Positions 11,755 through 23,700 of a stretch of 64,000 nt of DNA are shown here, piece after piece. The position numbers and the translations under genes were made by a program. The notes under the pieces are model-generated. The model was given only the letters and a program-made list of their open reading frames with translations. It did not search any database and was not told the origin of the DNA. Position 1 is the stretch's first letter; every line of letters starts with the position of its first letter. The stretch spans positions 116,252,001-116,316,000 of the forward strand of contig NC_086107.1 of the NCBI RefSeq assembly GCF_963921235.1. Direction: 5' to 3'. The stretch comes from Mobula hypostoma. Taxonomy: Eukaryota.

Positions 11755-14700
11755 ATGACTGAGATCAGTGACCTGGATCGCCAGATTGAACAACTCCGCC
11801 GCTGTGAACTCATCAAAGAAAATGAAGTCAAAGCCTTGTGTGCAAAGGCCAGGTACGTCCAACCCCGGGAGTGTGTGATGGGACGGTGTGGAGGGAGATT
11901 CACTCTGTGTCTGACCCCGGGAGTGTGTGATGGGACGGTGTGGAGGGAGATTCACTGTGTGTCTGACCCCGGGAGTGTGTGATGGGACGGTGTGGAGGGA
12001 GATTCACTCTGTGTCTGACCCCGGGAGTGTGTGATGGGACGGTGTGGAGGGAGATTCACTGTGTGTCTGACCCCGGGAGTGTGTGATGGGACGGTGTGGA
12101 GGGAGTTTCACTCTGTGTCTGACCCCGGGAGTGTGTGATGGGACGGTGTGGAGGGAGATTCACTCTGTGTCTGACCCCGGGAGTGTGTGATGGGACGGTC
12201 TGGAGGGAGATTCACTCTGTGTCTGATCCCGGGAGTGTGTGATGGGACGGTGTGGAGGGAGATTCACTCTGTGTCTGACCCCGGGAGTGTGTGATGGGAC
12301 GGTGTGGATGGAACTTCACTGTGTGTCTGACCCCGGGAGTGTGTGATGGGACGGTGTGGAGGGAGTTTCACTCTGTGTCTGACCCCGGGAGTGTGTGATG
12401 GGACGGTGTGGAGGGAGATTCACTCTGTGACTGACCCCGGGAGTGTGTGATGGGACGGTGTGGAGGGAGATTCACTCTGTGACTGACCCCGGGAGTGTGT
12501 GATGGGACGGTGTGGATGGAACTTCACTGTGTGTCTGACCCCGGGAGTGTGTGATGGGACGGTGTGGAGGGAACTTCACTGTGTGTCTGACCCCGGGAGT
12601 GTGTGATGGGACGGTGTGGATGGAACTTCACTGTGTGTCTGACCCCGGGAGTGTGTGATGGGACGGTGTGGAGGGAGATTCACTCTGTGTCTGACCCCGG
12701 GAGTGTGTGATGGGATGGTGTGGAGGGAGATTCACTCTGTGTCTGACCCCGGGAGTGTGTGATGGGACGGTGTGGAGAGAGATTCACTCTGTGTCTGACC
12801 CCGGGAGTGTGTGATGGGACGGTGTGGAGGGGGATTCACTCTGTGTCTGACCCCGGGAGTGTGTGATGGGACAGTGGGGATGGAGATTCGCTCTGTGTCT
12901 GACCCTGGGAGTGTGTGATGGGACGGTGTGGAGGGAGATTCACTCTGTGTCTGACCCTGGGAGTGTGCGATGGGACGGTGTGGAGGGAGTTTCACTCTGT
13001 GACTGACCCCGGGAGTGTGTGATGGGATGGTGTGGAGGGAGTTTCACTCTGTGTCTGACCCCGGGAGTGTGTGATGGGACGGTGTGGAGGGAGTTTCACT
13101 CTGTGTCTGACCCCGGGAGTGTGTGATGGGACGGTCTGGAGGGAGATTCACTCTGTGTCTGACCCCGGGAGTGTGTGATGGGACGGTGTGGAGGGAGTTT
13201 CACTCTGTGTCTGACCCCGGGAGTGTGTGATGGGACGGTGTGGAGGGAGTTTCACTCTGTGTCTGACCCCGGGAGTGTGTGATGGGACGGTGTGGAGGGA
13301 GCTTCACTCTGTGTCTGATCCCGGGAGTGTGTGATGGGATGGTGCGGAGGGAGATTCACTCTGTGTCTGACCCCGGGAGTGTGTGATGGGACGGTGTGGA
13401 GGGAGCTTCACTCTGTGTCTGATCCCGGGAGTGTGTGATGGGATGGTGCGGAGGGAGATTCACTCTGTGTCTGACCCCGGGAGTGTGTGATGGGACGGTG
13501 CGGAGGGAGATTCACTCTGTGTCTGACCCCGGGAGTGTGTGATGGAGGGTGTGTCACTCTGTGTCTGACCCCGGGAGTGTGTGATGGAGGGTGTGTCACT
13601 CTGTGTCTGACCCCGGGAGTGTGTGATGGGACGGTGTGGAGGGAGATTCACTCTGTGTCTGACCCCGGGAGTGTGTGATGGGACGGTGTGGAGGGAGTTT
13701 CACTCTGTGTCTGACCCCGGGAGTGTGTGATGGGACGGTGTGGAGGGAGATTCACTCTGTCTGACCCCGGGAGTGTGTGATGGGACGGTGTGGAGGGAGT
13801 TTCACTCTGTGTCTGACCCCGGGAGTGTGTGATGGAGGGTGTGGAGGGAGATTCACTCTGTGTCTGACCCCGGGAGTGTGTGATGGGACGGTGTGGAGGG
13901 TGTGTCACTCTGTGTCTGACCCCGGGAGTGTGTGATGGGACGGTGTGGAGGGAGATTCACTCTGTGTCTGACCCCGGGAGTGTGTGATGGGACGGTGTGG
14001 AGGGAGTTTCACTCTGTGTCTGACCCCGGGAGTGTGTGATGGGACGGTGTGGAGGGAGATTCACTCTGTCTGACCCCGGGAGTGTGTGATGGGACGGTGT
14101 GGAGGGAGTTTCACTCTGTGTCTGATCCCGGGAGTGTGTGATGGGACGGTGTGGAGGGAGTTTCACCCAGTGTCTGATTATTCATTCTGTCTGTTTGCAG
14201 GGAGATTCTGGTTGAAGAGAGTAACGTGCAACAGGTTGATTCCCCGGTCACTGTGAGTGAACTTCTTTGTCGATGTTTTTAATTGACGAGCAATTTGATG
14301 AAGGGTATCAAGAGGCTGAATGCTTACAGGCTTTTTCCGGAGGTTGGGTAAGAGTAGAACTAGTAGTCATATGTTCAGGATGAGAGGTGAAATATATAAA
14401 GGTCACCTGAGGGGGGAACTTCTTCATTCAGTGGGTGGTGAGATCGTGGATCAAACTGCTAACGCAAGTTTTCGATGTGGAATCGATTGAATTCGGGCTG
14501 GTATGGACTAGATGGGCTGAAGGACCAGTTGCTATGTAGCACTTTTTTTCTAGATTTCTACATGGCTGAACATGTTTATTGTTTATCAGAACTGCAAAGG
14601 GACTTGCGAGTCATCACGCAGGTTTCCCTTTCCTGCAAGTTGGGTTGGTGCTGAGGAGGGCAGATGTAAGATTTTCATTAATTATGAGAGGACTCAGATA

Positions 14701-17700
14701 TGAAACCAAGGATGTAATGTTGGGGCTTTATAAGGCATTGGTCAGACCACACGGAGCAGTTTTTGGCCGCTTATCTGAAAAAGGATTTGCTGGCGTTGGA
14801 GAGGGTCCGGAGGATTACAAGAATGATCCGGCAATGAAAGGTTAAGGTACGCGTTGCTTTTGATAGCTGTGGGCCTGTACTTGCCAGAGTTTAGAGGAAT
14901 CTTATTGAAACCTATTGAATTTTGGAAGGCCTAGATAGAGTGGATGTGGAGAGGATATTTCCTGTATTGGGGGGGTCTAGGACCCAGAGGGCACAGCATC
15001 ACAATGGAAGGATGTCTGTTTGGGACAAAGATAAGGAAATTCTTTAGCCAGAGAGTGGTGAATCTGTGGAATTTATTGTCACAGACAGCTGTGGAGTCCA
15101 AGTCATTGGGTATATTTAAAGTGCAGGTTAATACAGGGGTGGCCAACCTTTTGCATTCCATGCGTCAGTTTTTTCATGCACAAGTTCAGATGCGCCGTGC
15201 AACTCTTGTACCCCCATTCAGTTCTTGTAAGAATATGCTAATATAGAGATACGGGTGGCCCCCGTTTTCTGAACATTCGCTTTACGACACCTCGCTGTTA
15301 CAAAAGACCTACATTAGTTACCTGTTTTCGCTAACAGACGGTGTTTTCACTGTTACGAAAAAAGGCAGCGCACACCCGAACAGCCAAGCTCCTCCCTCGG
15401 AACTGCATTTTAGCTGCCATTGCTTAAATACGTGCTTTGTCTCGATTTATTTTGTGCATCCATTAACAAGATGAGTTCTAAGGTATCGGAAAAGTCTAAA
15501 AGAGCTCGTAAGGGTGTTACACTTAGCATAAAACTAGACAGAATTAAGCGTTTTGATTGTGGTGAACGAAGTAAGGACATTGTCTGTGTGTTGAACTTGC
15601 CTGCGTCCACCATTCACACTATTTATACACAGAAAGAATTTTGAAAGCTGCCGATGTTACTGTTGGTTCTGCTCGTAGCAAAGTGGTCTCTCTTAGTCGG
15701 CGTCTAATAATGGATAAAATGGTAAGTCTATTGCTTGAGTGGATTGATGGGTGTACAAAGCGTGGTGTTCTGTTAAGTATTCTTATACTTAAGGAGAAAT
15801 CAGCCAGTCTTTTTAATAAGCTGAAACAGAAAGCTCTGGACGATGGTGATGAAAGTGGAATTTAAAGGTAGTCATGGGTGGTTTGATCGGGTTCTGTGGC
15901 GAGGGCAGCTTCATAGTTTAAGCAGTGGTCCCCAACCTCCGCGAAGAACGCAGCGGTAGTCGGGACGCACACAGCACATCTTTAAGAAAAAAGGCGAAAT
16001 AAACAAGCTAATTAATTAGGTGCCACCCAGCACATAAATGTCAGCCCAGATCAGAGGCGATTGCTGATTGCATCAGGTGGTTATTCGTATAAGCAAGTGT
16101 TTAACTGTGACAAAACTGCAATTTATTGGAGTCTTCCCGATTCCGGTAAGTGAAACTACACTGTACACACATTATTTCTACTTTATATAGGCTGTGTATT
16201 TTTATGTGTTATTTGGTATGATTTGGCAGCTTCATAGTTTAAAGGTTACTGGAGAGAGTGTTTCTGCCGAGAGCGCTTGCGCCGTGTTTTTGCTGAGAAC
16301 ACTTCCGTGAGATTTTCGCTATACTAGACCAGCGGTCCCCAACTACCGGACCGCAAAGCATGCGTTACCGGGCTGCGAAGAAACGATATGATTTGACGAT
16401 ATGAGTCAGCTGCACCTTTCCTCATTCCCTGTCACGCCCACTGTTGAGCTTGAACGCACGCGAGGTCATTACCCGCTCGTCGTCCATGTCAGCACGGGAA
16501 GGAGATCAACTCCTCAAACTTGCAAATGACAGCGGGCTGAGGAGTATGTTTGACATAACATCTCTGCCGGCATTCTGGATCAAAGTCAAGGCTAAATATC
16601 CTGAGATAGCCACGAAAGCACCGAAAACATTGCTTCCATTTTCAACATATCTCTGCAATGAATGCAACGGAAACTAAATTGCGGAATAGACTGGACATAA
16701 GGAATCCCCTTCGAGTATCGCTGTCTCCCATCAGCCCTCGATAGGACCGTCTTGTTGCAGGGAAACAAGCCCAGGGCTCCCACTGGTTCAGCGATATTGG
16801 TGTGTTGCAATGATTTTATATGTTCATACAGGGAAAACGTGGTGTGTTTAATATCCAAACGTTACTTAAAATGTTATGATGCTACTGACTTACAAGTGAC
16901 TTATACAACCATATAACAATTACAGCACGGAAACGGGCCATCTCTGCCCTTCTAGTCCGTGCCGAACGCTAGTCTCACCTCGTCCCACCGACCTGCACTC
17001 AGCCCACAACCCTCCATTCCTTTCCTGTTCATATACCCATCCAGTTTTTCTTTAAATGATAATATCGAAGCTGCCTCTACCACTTCTACTGGAAGTTCGA
17101 TCAACACTTACTTCAAGCTCCCCTGTCCTCCCCGATAATTGACTTATCACTATATTCATGCGAGGAAAATATGCGCTGTGTGTTTAATATCAAATTCGTT
17201 AGATAAACCCTATTAGAAACAAAATTGAGTGTATTAGCCACTTATCACCTATATTGCGTTCGTGATTAACACCCCCCTGAACAGAATCACCAAAAACGAT
17301 TTGTAGAAAGAAAATTGGCATGTACACGCTTACGCAAATCACGCATGCGCACTGGTGCTTGTAGTCTTCCTCGGGGTAAACGCAATGTATTTGACTGCTA
17401 CTCTTGTTTGTTGGCAACCCTACCCCCCCCCACCCCCCCGGTCAGTCGGTCAGCAAGAATATTGTCAATATGAAACCGGTCCGCAGTGCGAGAAAGGTTG
17501 GGGACCCCTGCACTAGACAGTGCTGCAGAAAAGTATTTCTACTTTATATAGGCTGCGTATTTATCAAGTCATTCCTGCTTTTACTATATGTTTCTGTTAT
17601 TTTAGGTTTTATGTGTTATTTGGCATGATTTTGCAGGTTATTTTTTGGGTCTGGGAACGCTGAAAATTTTTTCCCATATTAATAAATGGTAATTGCTTCT

Positions 17701-20700
17701 TCACTTTACGACATTCCGGCTTACGAACCATTTCATAGGAATGCTCTACGTTCGGATAGCGGGGGAAACCTGTAATTATTGATTTAACATAAAAACAAGA
17801 CAAACATTACTTACCTTAATGAGACTTCTAACAAATATATTTTGTCTTCTTTTGATTTCTTCCTTTTTCTTAATCACATATTCTTTCTGTAACTCAGACC
17901 CAAGCACTAGCTTCAGTTTTCCTTTTATTTCAGTCTGATGTTGTGTTCTATTAAGATCATGTCTTCTATTATGTGAGAAAGTGCTTTCACAAATAATGTA
18001 CAATGGTTTTCCTGCTGGACCCGCTATAAATAAGAACTTATTTTCCCTCTGTTCATTGAATTCATGCTTACTATCGCTTTCTGCTTTTCTTTTGCTCATT
18101 TTCTTTTGCACTGATGGGTAACTGAATGTAAAAACAAGGGTTTATTTTCGAAAAAGTACAAAACTGCAGGTGTTCATGAAGGACGAACAAAGCACAACTC
18201 CGTAGCGCACGAGCGTCAATTGTAAACTGACTGGCAAAACCCTGCGACTCACCGCTGGTGCAGACGCCCGGCGCCTGAGGATCAATCAAGTATCAAACGT
18301 GTGTTGAACCGTTGTGGAACGACTGCAGAACAAACGTCCTTCTTTCCTAGTTTGACTGATTGAACAGTTTTTAAAATTGGAAACAGATTACTGTGAAAGA
18401 AGATAACATTTGCCAAAAGATGTCCAGGAAATAATAAAATCGCTAAAAATGATTGCTAAGTTTTAGATTTATTCTCAGTAAAACCCATTTCTAGCTCTAA
18501 GCTACTTGAATTCCTGTTATAGATTTTTTTTCTACAAATCGGTTTTTGGTTAATACTTTTTGCATGAGTAAGCTTACTTTTTTATTATTATCACTGGGGT
18601 GCAATACGCCACTTCTAGTCATCCAATGCGCCATAGGTTGGCCATCCCTGGGTTAATAGATTCTTGATTAATCAGGGTGTTAAAAGTTACAGACAGAAGG
18701 AGGGTTGAGAACAATAATAAATCGCTCATGATGGAATGGTGAAGCAGACTCGATGGGCTGAATGGCCTGATTCTCTTCCTCTGACTTGTGGTCTCAATGA
18801 AGCAACAACTGTACTAAGTGATGAAAGGGTTAACAAAACCACAGTCTAAAACAGTGCAGATGATGGAAATGGTAACAAGTCCCACACCCTTCTGGTGGTT
18901 GTGACTCCGATATAAGATGACTGCTTGGAATCTCTGACATAACTCCCCTCCCTCCTATTTTCTCCCTTCAATCACCTTAAAATGATGCCTCTTGGGAAAG
19001 TCTGGCTGTGCACTCTATTCTTCTTAGCATCTTGGGTCTCTGTTTTCTGCTGCCTGTTAACGCCGCATCTGCGTTCAGCTCTTCCTTCACGGTGTCGGTA
19101 TCTTCCTCTCGGTTTTCACTGCTGTCAGTCGTGGAGACTCAGGAATACAGTCGCACTCAGATGTGGAAGGATTCTTCATTGCTCTTTCTGTAACAATTTT
19201 GTTTCATCAGTCAGGGTTGTTGGCCCTGAACTGAAGCCCCGAACTTGGAGGACCGCTGGACCACTCCTAGTCTGACCTCTACCCTTTGACCTGTTTGGCA
19301 TGGATGACCGTACCAAGAGCCAAAGCATAAAGCCCTGACTCCAGCCAACATTGCTGTCTTGGGGCCGTTGAGGCACGCGAGCTTCCACACCCTGTGACAA
19401 GGTTAGGGTCCTATTGAGCACCATTATCGCATTCCTCCGGCATTTGTTCAGGCTGCTCCGGATTTCCAGCATCTGCAGATTCTCTTATGTTCATAGCTAC
19501 AAGACTACATCTGTTTCTTTACCATATCGTAACACAGTAAACAGCAGAGGAACCCAGCAGGACAGACAGCATCTATAAATGGTCACTATTTCTTCATGAG
19601 GGAGGATTTCATATTTTCCACTGAAATGGACCAACCTATTCCTGAAAAACCAGTTTCCTCCTTGCTGACAGTCAACTCACGGATGAGTGCTGTACTCTCT
19701 CTACACCTCTGTGTGGCTAGGCACAGCCTGAACACCATCTGTAAGTTTGCTGAGGACAGCACTGTTGGAGGGATTTCAGATGGCGTCAGGTGAGAGATAG
19801 ATCAGCTGGTTGATTGGTGTTGCAACAACAATCTCGCATCTAACGTCAGAAAGAGCAGGAGATTGTGGACGAGGAAGGGCAGACTGGGAGAACAAACACT
19901 AATCCTCACCAAGGGATCAATGGTGGAAAGGGCGAGCAGCTTCAAGTTCCCGGATGTGATCATTTCAGAGGATTTGTCCTGGGCTTAGTACATTGATCAC
20001 ATCACAGTGAAAGTCTGTGAGGCCTCTACTTCGTGAGGAGATTTGGTTTGTCATCCAGTAATACTGGATGAACAAACAGATCATCAATCTGCTGTGGGTC
20101 AGAACAGTGACTTCCAGGTCTGTCAACCAAGTCAATAGAAGAGGTCCAGGTATGACCTTTGGAAAGCTGTTTCACATGCAAGGTGGCAATTCCAGATCAA
20201 ACTTGAATCACGGAAGAACACTCGACGACTGTGGCTAGGTTTGAATCCATGCAAAGCATCCAGCCCAGGCCGTGTACCTGACTGAGGACTAAAGACCTGT
20301 GCTGATCGACTGGCTGGAGTGCTCATTGAGATCTTTAACCTCTGGCTTTGGCAGTCTGCAGGCTTCAATTATACCAGAGCCTAATAACACGGTGACCTGC
20401 CTCAGTGACTTGTCCAGCAGCGCTTACATCCACAGTGATGAAGTGCTTTGAGAGGTTGGTGATGGAACAGCCGGAGGAGTGGCTTTGATCCACGCCAGTT
20501 TGCCTACCGGTGCTACAGGTCCACCGCAGTTGCCATTTCACTGGCTCTTCACTCAACCCTGGGACATCCAGACAGTGAAGGGACATGCATCAGGATGCTC
20601 TTCATTGACTACAGCTCACCATTCAACACTATATTCCTCTTCAAAACTAATCAATAACCTCTTGTACAACTAGATCCTCAACCTCCTCACTTGCAGACCC

Positions 20701-23700
20701 AGTCAGCTTCGATTAGCAATGGCCACCACAAGGCTGTGTGCTTAGCCCCCGCTCTATTTGCTTTACACTTACGACTGTGAAGATAAGCACAGCTCCAACA
20801 GAACATAGAACATAGAATAGTACAGCACAGTACAGGCCCTTTGGCCCACAATGTTGTGCTGACCCTCAAACCCTGCCTCCCATATAATCCCCACCTTAAA
20901 TTCCTCCATATACCTGTCTAGTAGTCTCTTAAACTTCACTAGTGTATCTGCCTCCACCACTGACTCAGGCAGTGCATTCCACGCACCAACCACTCTCTGA
21001 GTAAAAAACCTTCCTCTAATATCCCCCTTGAACCTCCCACCCCTTACCTTAAAGCCATGTCCTCTTGTATTGAGCAGTGGTGCCCTGGGGAAGAGGCACT
21101 GGCTATCCACTCTATCTATTCCTCTTATTATCTTGTACACCTCTATCATGTCTCCTCTCATCCTCCTTCTCTCCAAAGAGTAAAGCCCTAGCTCCCTTAA
21201 TCTCTGGTCATAATGCATACTCTCTAAACCAGGCAGCACCCTAGTAAATCTCCTCTGTACCCTTTCCAATGCTTCCACATCCTTCCATGTTCGAGTTTGC
21301 TGATGACAGCACACTGTGGGCCAAATCAAAGATGGTGATGAACCAGCACAGGGGAGAGAGATTGGAAACCTGCCTGAGTGGTGCCATAACAACCACCTTG
21401 TCAATGACAATAAACGAGGACTAACTGTCCTCATAATCTAATCTAATCTATGTCAGCAAGACCAAAGAACTGATTATTGTCTTCCGGAGGAAGAAAGCAG
21501 AGGTCCATGAGTCAGTCCTCATCGAGGTGGAGAGGGTCAGTAAATTTCGATTCCTCGGTGTTATCATTTGAGGGCCCAGCATATAAGTGCCAATAGGAAG
21601 AAACTACAGCAGTGCCTCTACTTTCTTAAAAGTTTTCAAAGATTCAGCTTCTCATCTGAAACTTCAACAAACTTGTATAGATGTGTGGTGGAGAGTATGC
21701 TGACTGGCTCCATTACGGCCTGGTATGGAATCACCAATGCCCTTGCATGGAAAATCCTACAAAAAGTAGTGGATACGGCCCGGTCCATCATGGGTAAAGC
21801 TGTCCCCACCATTGAGTATGTCTGGACGGAGTGTTGTCACAGGAAAAAAACATCCGTTGTCAAGGAACCGCACCATCTTTTCTCACTGCTGCCATCGGGA
21901 AGGAGGTACAGGAGCCTCGGGGCCCTCACTACCAGGATCAGGAGCAGTGATTACCCCTCAACCATCAGACACTGGAACCAGAGGGGGGTCACTTCACTCC
22001 CCCAACACTGACCTGATTCCACAACCCATAGGCTCGACAACTCATAGTCTTAATATTTATAATTTATTAATGCATTATTATTTTGTATTTTCCCGTCTTG
22101 TATTTGTAAATTTTTTTTCCTTTTGTGAATTGGTTGTTTTTCTGTGTTTGTAGTTTCTCACTGATTCTATTTCCTTTGCCTGTACTGTAAATGCCTGCAA
22201 GGAAGTGACTCTCAGGGTTGTGTGTGCTGACATGTATGTGCTTGGGTAATAAATTCACTTTGAGCTTGGAAGACTGGCAAATTCCCGCAGACGTCCGGTG
22301 GAGAGCATTCTGACTGGTTGCAGGCTCGTCCAGCCAGCCGTGTCCTGTAACGAGGACGTCTTCACGAGGGACTAAAGACCCTCACCATCTGGGCCACGTC
22401 ACTGGGGAGGAGCCCGGACACCAACAGATTTCTAAATGGTCCATGAACAAACATTACCTCGTTAATTTGCTCTTTATTGATCCTGTTTATTTTTATATAT
22501 TCTTTTGGAATTTATTTTATTTTTTTGTGTACTGCACTGCATTGTTGCTGCAAAACAGCAAACCTCCATAAGATGTGGGAGCAAATTAGGCCAGTCGGCC
22601 ACGGAGTCTGTTCTGCCGTTTGATCATAGCTGAGCCTCGCTCTCCTGCCTTCTCACTGCAACGTGACTAATCATGAACCTCTGCTTTAAATATACCCACT
22701 GACTTGCCTGAGGCAACGAATTCAACACATTTCCTCAGCTCCATTCTAAAGCGACATCCCTCTATTAGAAGTTGTGGCCTCTGGTCCCAGACTTCCCCCC
22801 ACTATAGGAAACATCGGCTCGACATCCTCTCTATGTAAATTTCATGGTCACTTTATTGATTCCCTCCTGTACCTAATAAAGTGTCACTGAGTGTATGTTC
22901 ATGGTCTGCTGCTGTAGTCCATCCACTTCAAAGTTCAATGTGTTGTGCATTAAGGCATGCTGATCTGTACACCTCTGCTCTAACGTGTGGTTATTTGAGT
23001 TACTGTCACCTTCCTGTCAGCTTGAACCAGTCTGGCCATTTTCCTCTGATCTCTCTCATGAGCAAGGAGTTTTCTCCCACAGAACTGCCTCCTACCGAAT
23101 GTGTTTTTTGTTTCTCGCACCATTCTCTGTAAGCTTGAGAGACTGTTGTGTGTGAAAATCCCTGGAATTCATCAGTTTCTGAGATACTCAAAACACTCAT
23201 CTGACACCAACAATCATTCTACAGTCAAGGTCACTTAGATCACATTTCTTCCCCAATTCTGACATTTGGTCTGAACAACAACTGATCCTCTTGACCATGT
23301 CTGCATGCTTTTATGCATTGAGTTGCTGCCATGTGATTGGCTGATTAGATATTTATATTAATGAGTGGGTGTATGTAATAAAATGGCTACTGAGTGTATA
23401 ATCCTAATTAACAGGTTTGTTCATTATGAGAACTGAATAGACTAACCCTAACAGAAAAACGGGTCTTTTTTTAACCCTCTCTTCACTTTCACCCACAGGT
23501 CTGCGGAGACATTCATGGGCAGTTCTATGACCTGAAAGAGTTATTCCGGGTGAGTCCAGTATCCTTCCCTTTTGCCTGCAGTTTGACACCCACACCCCCT
23601 CCAAATTAAACTTCCCTTCCTCCGCCACCTCCTCTCACCCGCCATCCACCGTGCTTTGACCCCCACCCAGCCATCCAGGTCTCCCCCTTTCTCACTCCCA

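Larger units (their letters stand above)
15134..18650 (-). mobile_element. hAT (Charlie/Buster-type) non-autonomous DNA transposon with nested elements
   Basis: TIRs caggggtggccaacct / aggttggccatccctg; perfect 8-bp TSD ggttaata at 15126-15133 and 18651-18658; N-terminal transposase remnant on minus at 17776-18111 ([20 protein letters not shown]...[11 protein letters not shown]). Confidence 0.85.
14600..18795 (+). mobile_element. Old CR1 3' fragment split by a hAT insertion (pieces ~14600-15133 and 18651-18795)
   Basis: [15 protein letters not shown] and [19 protein letters not shown] on the left; the CR1 3' UTR resumes after 18658. Confidence 0.7.

Noticed and set aside
11862..14178. CRISPR-like regular array
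   Set aside because: Units are contiguous with no unique spacers, there are no cas genes, and the context is a eukaryotic intron.
19170..19430. Possible RTE-type 5' region remnant
   Set aside because: The resemblance is from memory only, with no coding motif or TSD to support a call.
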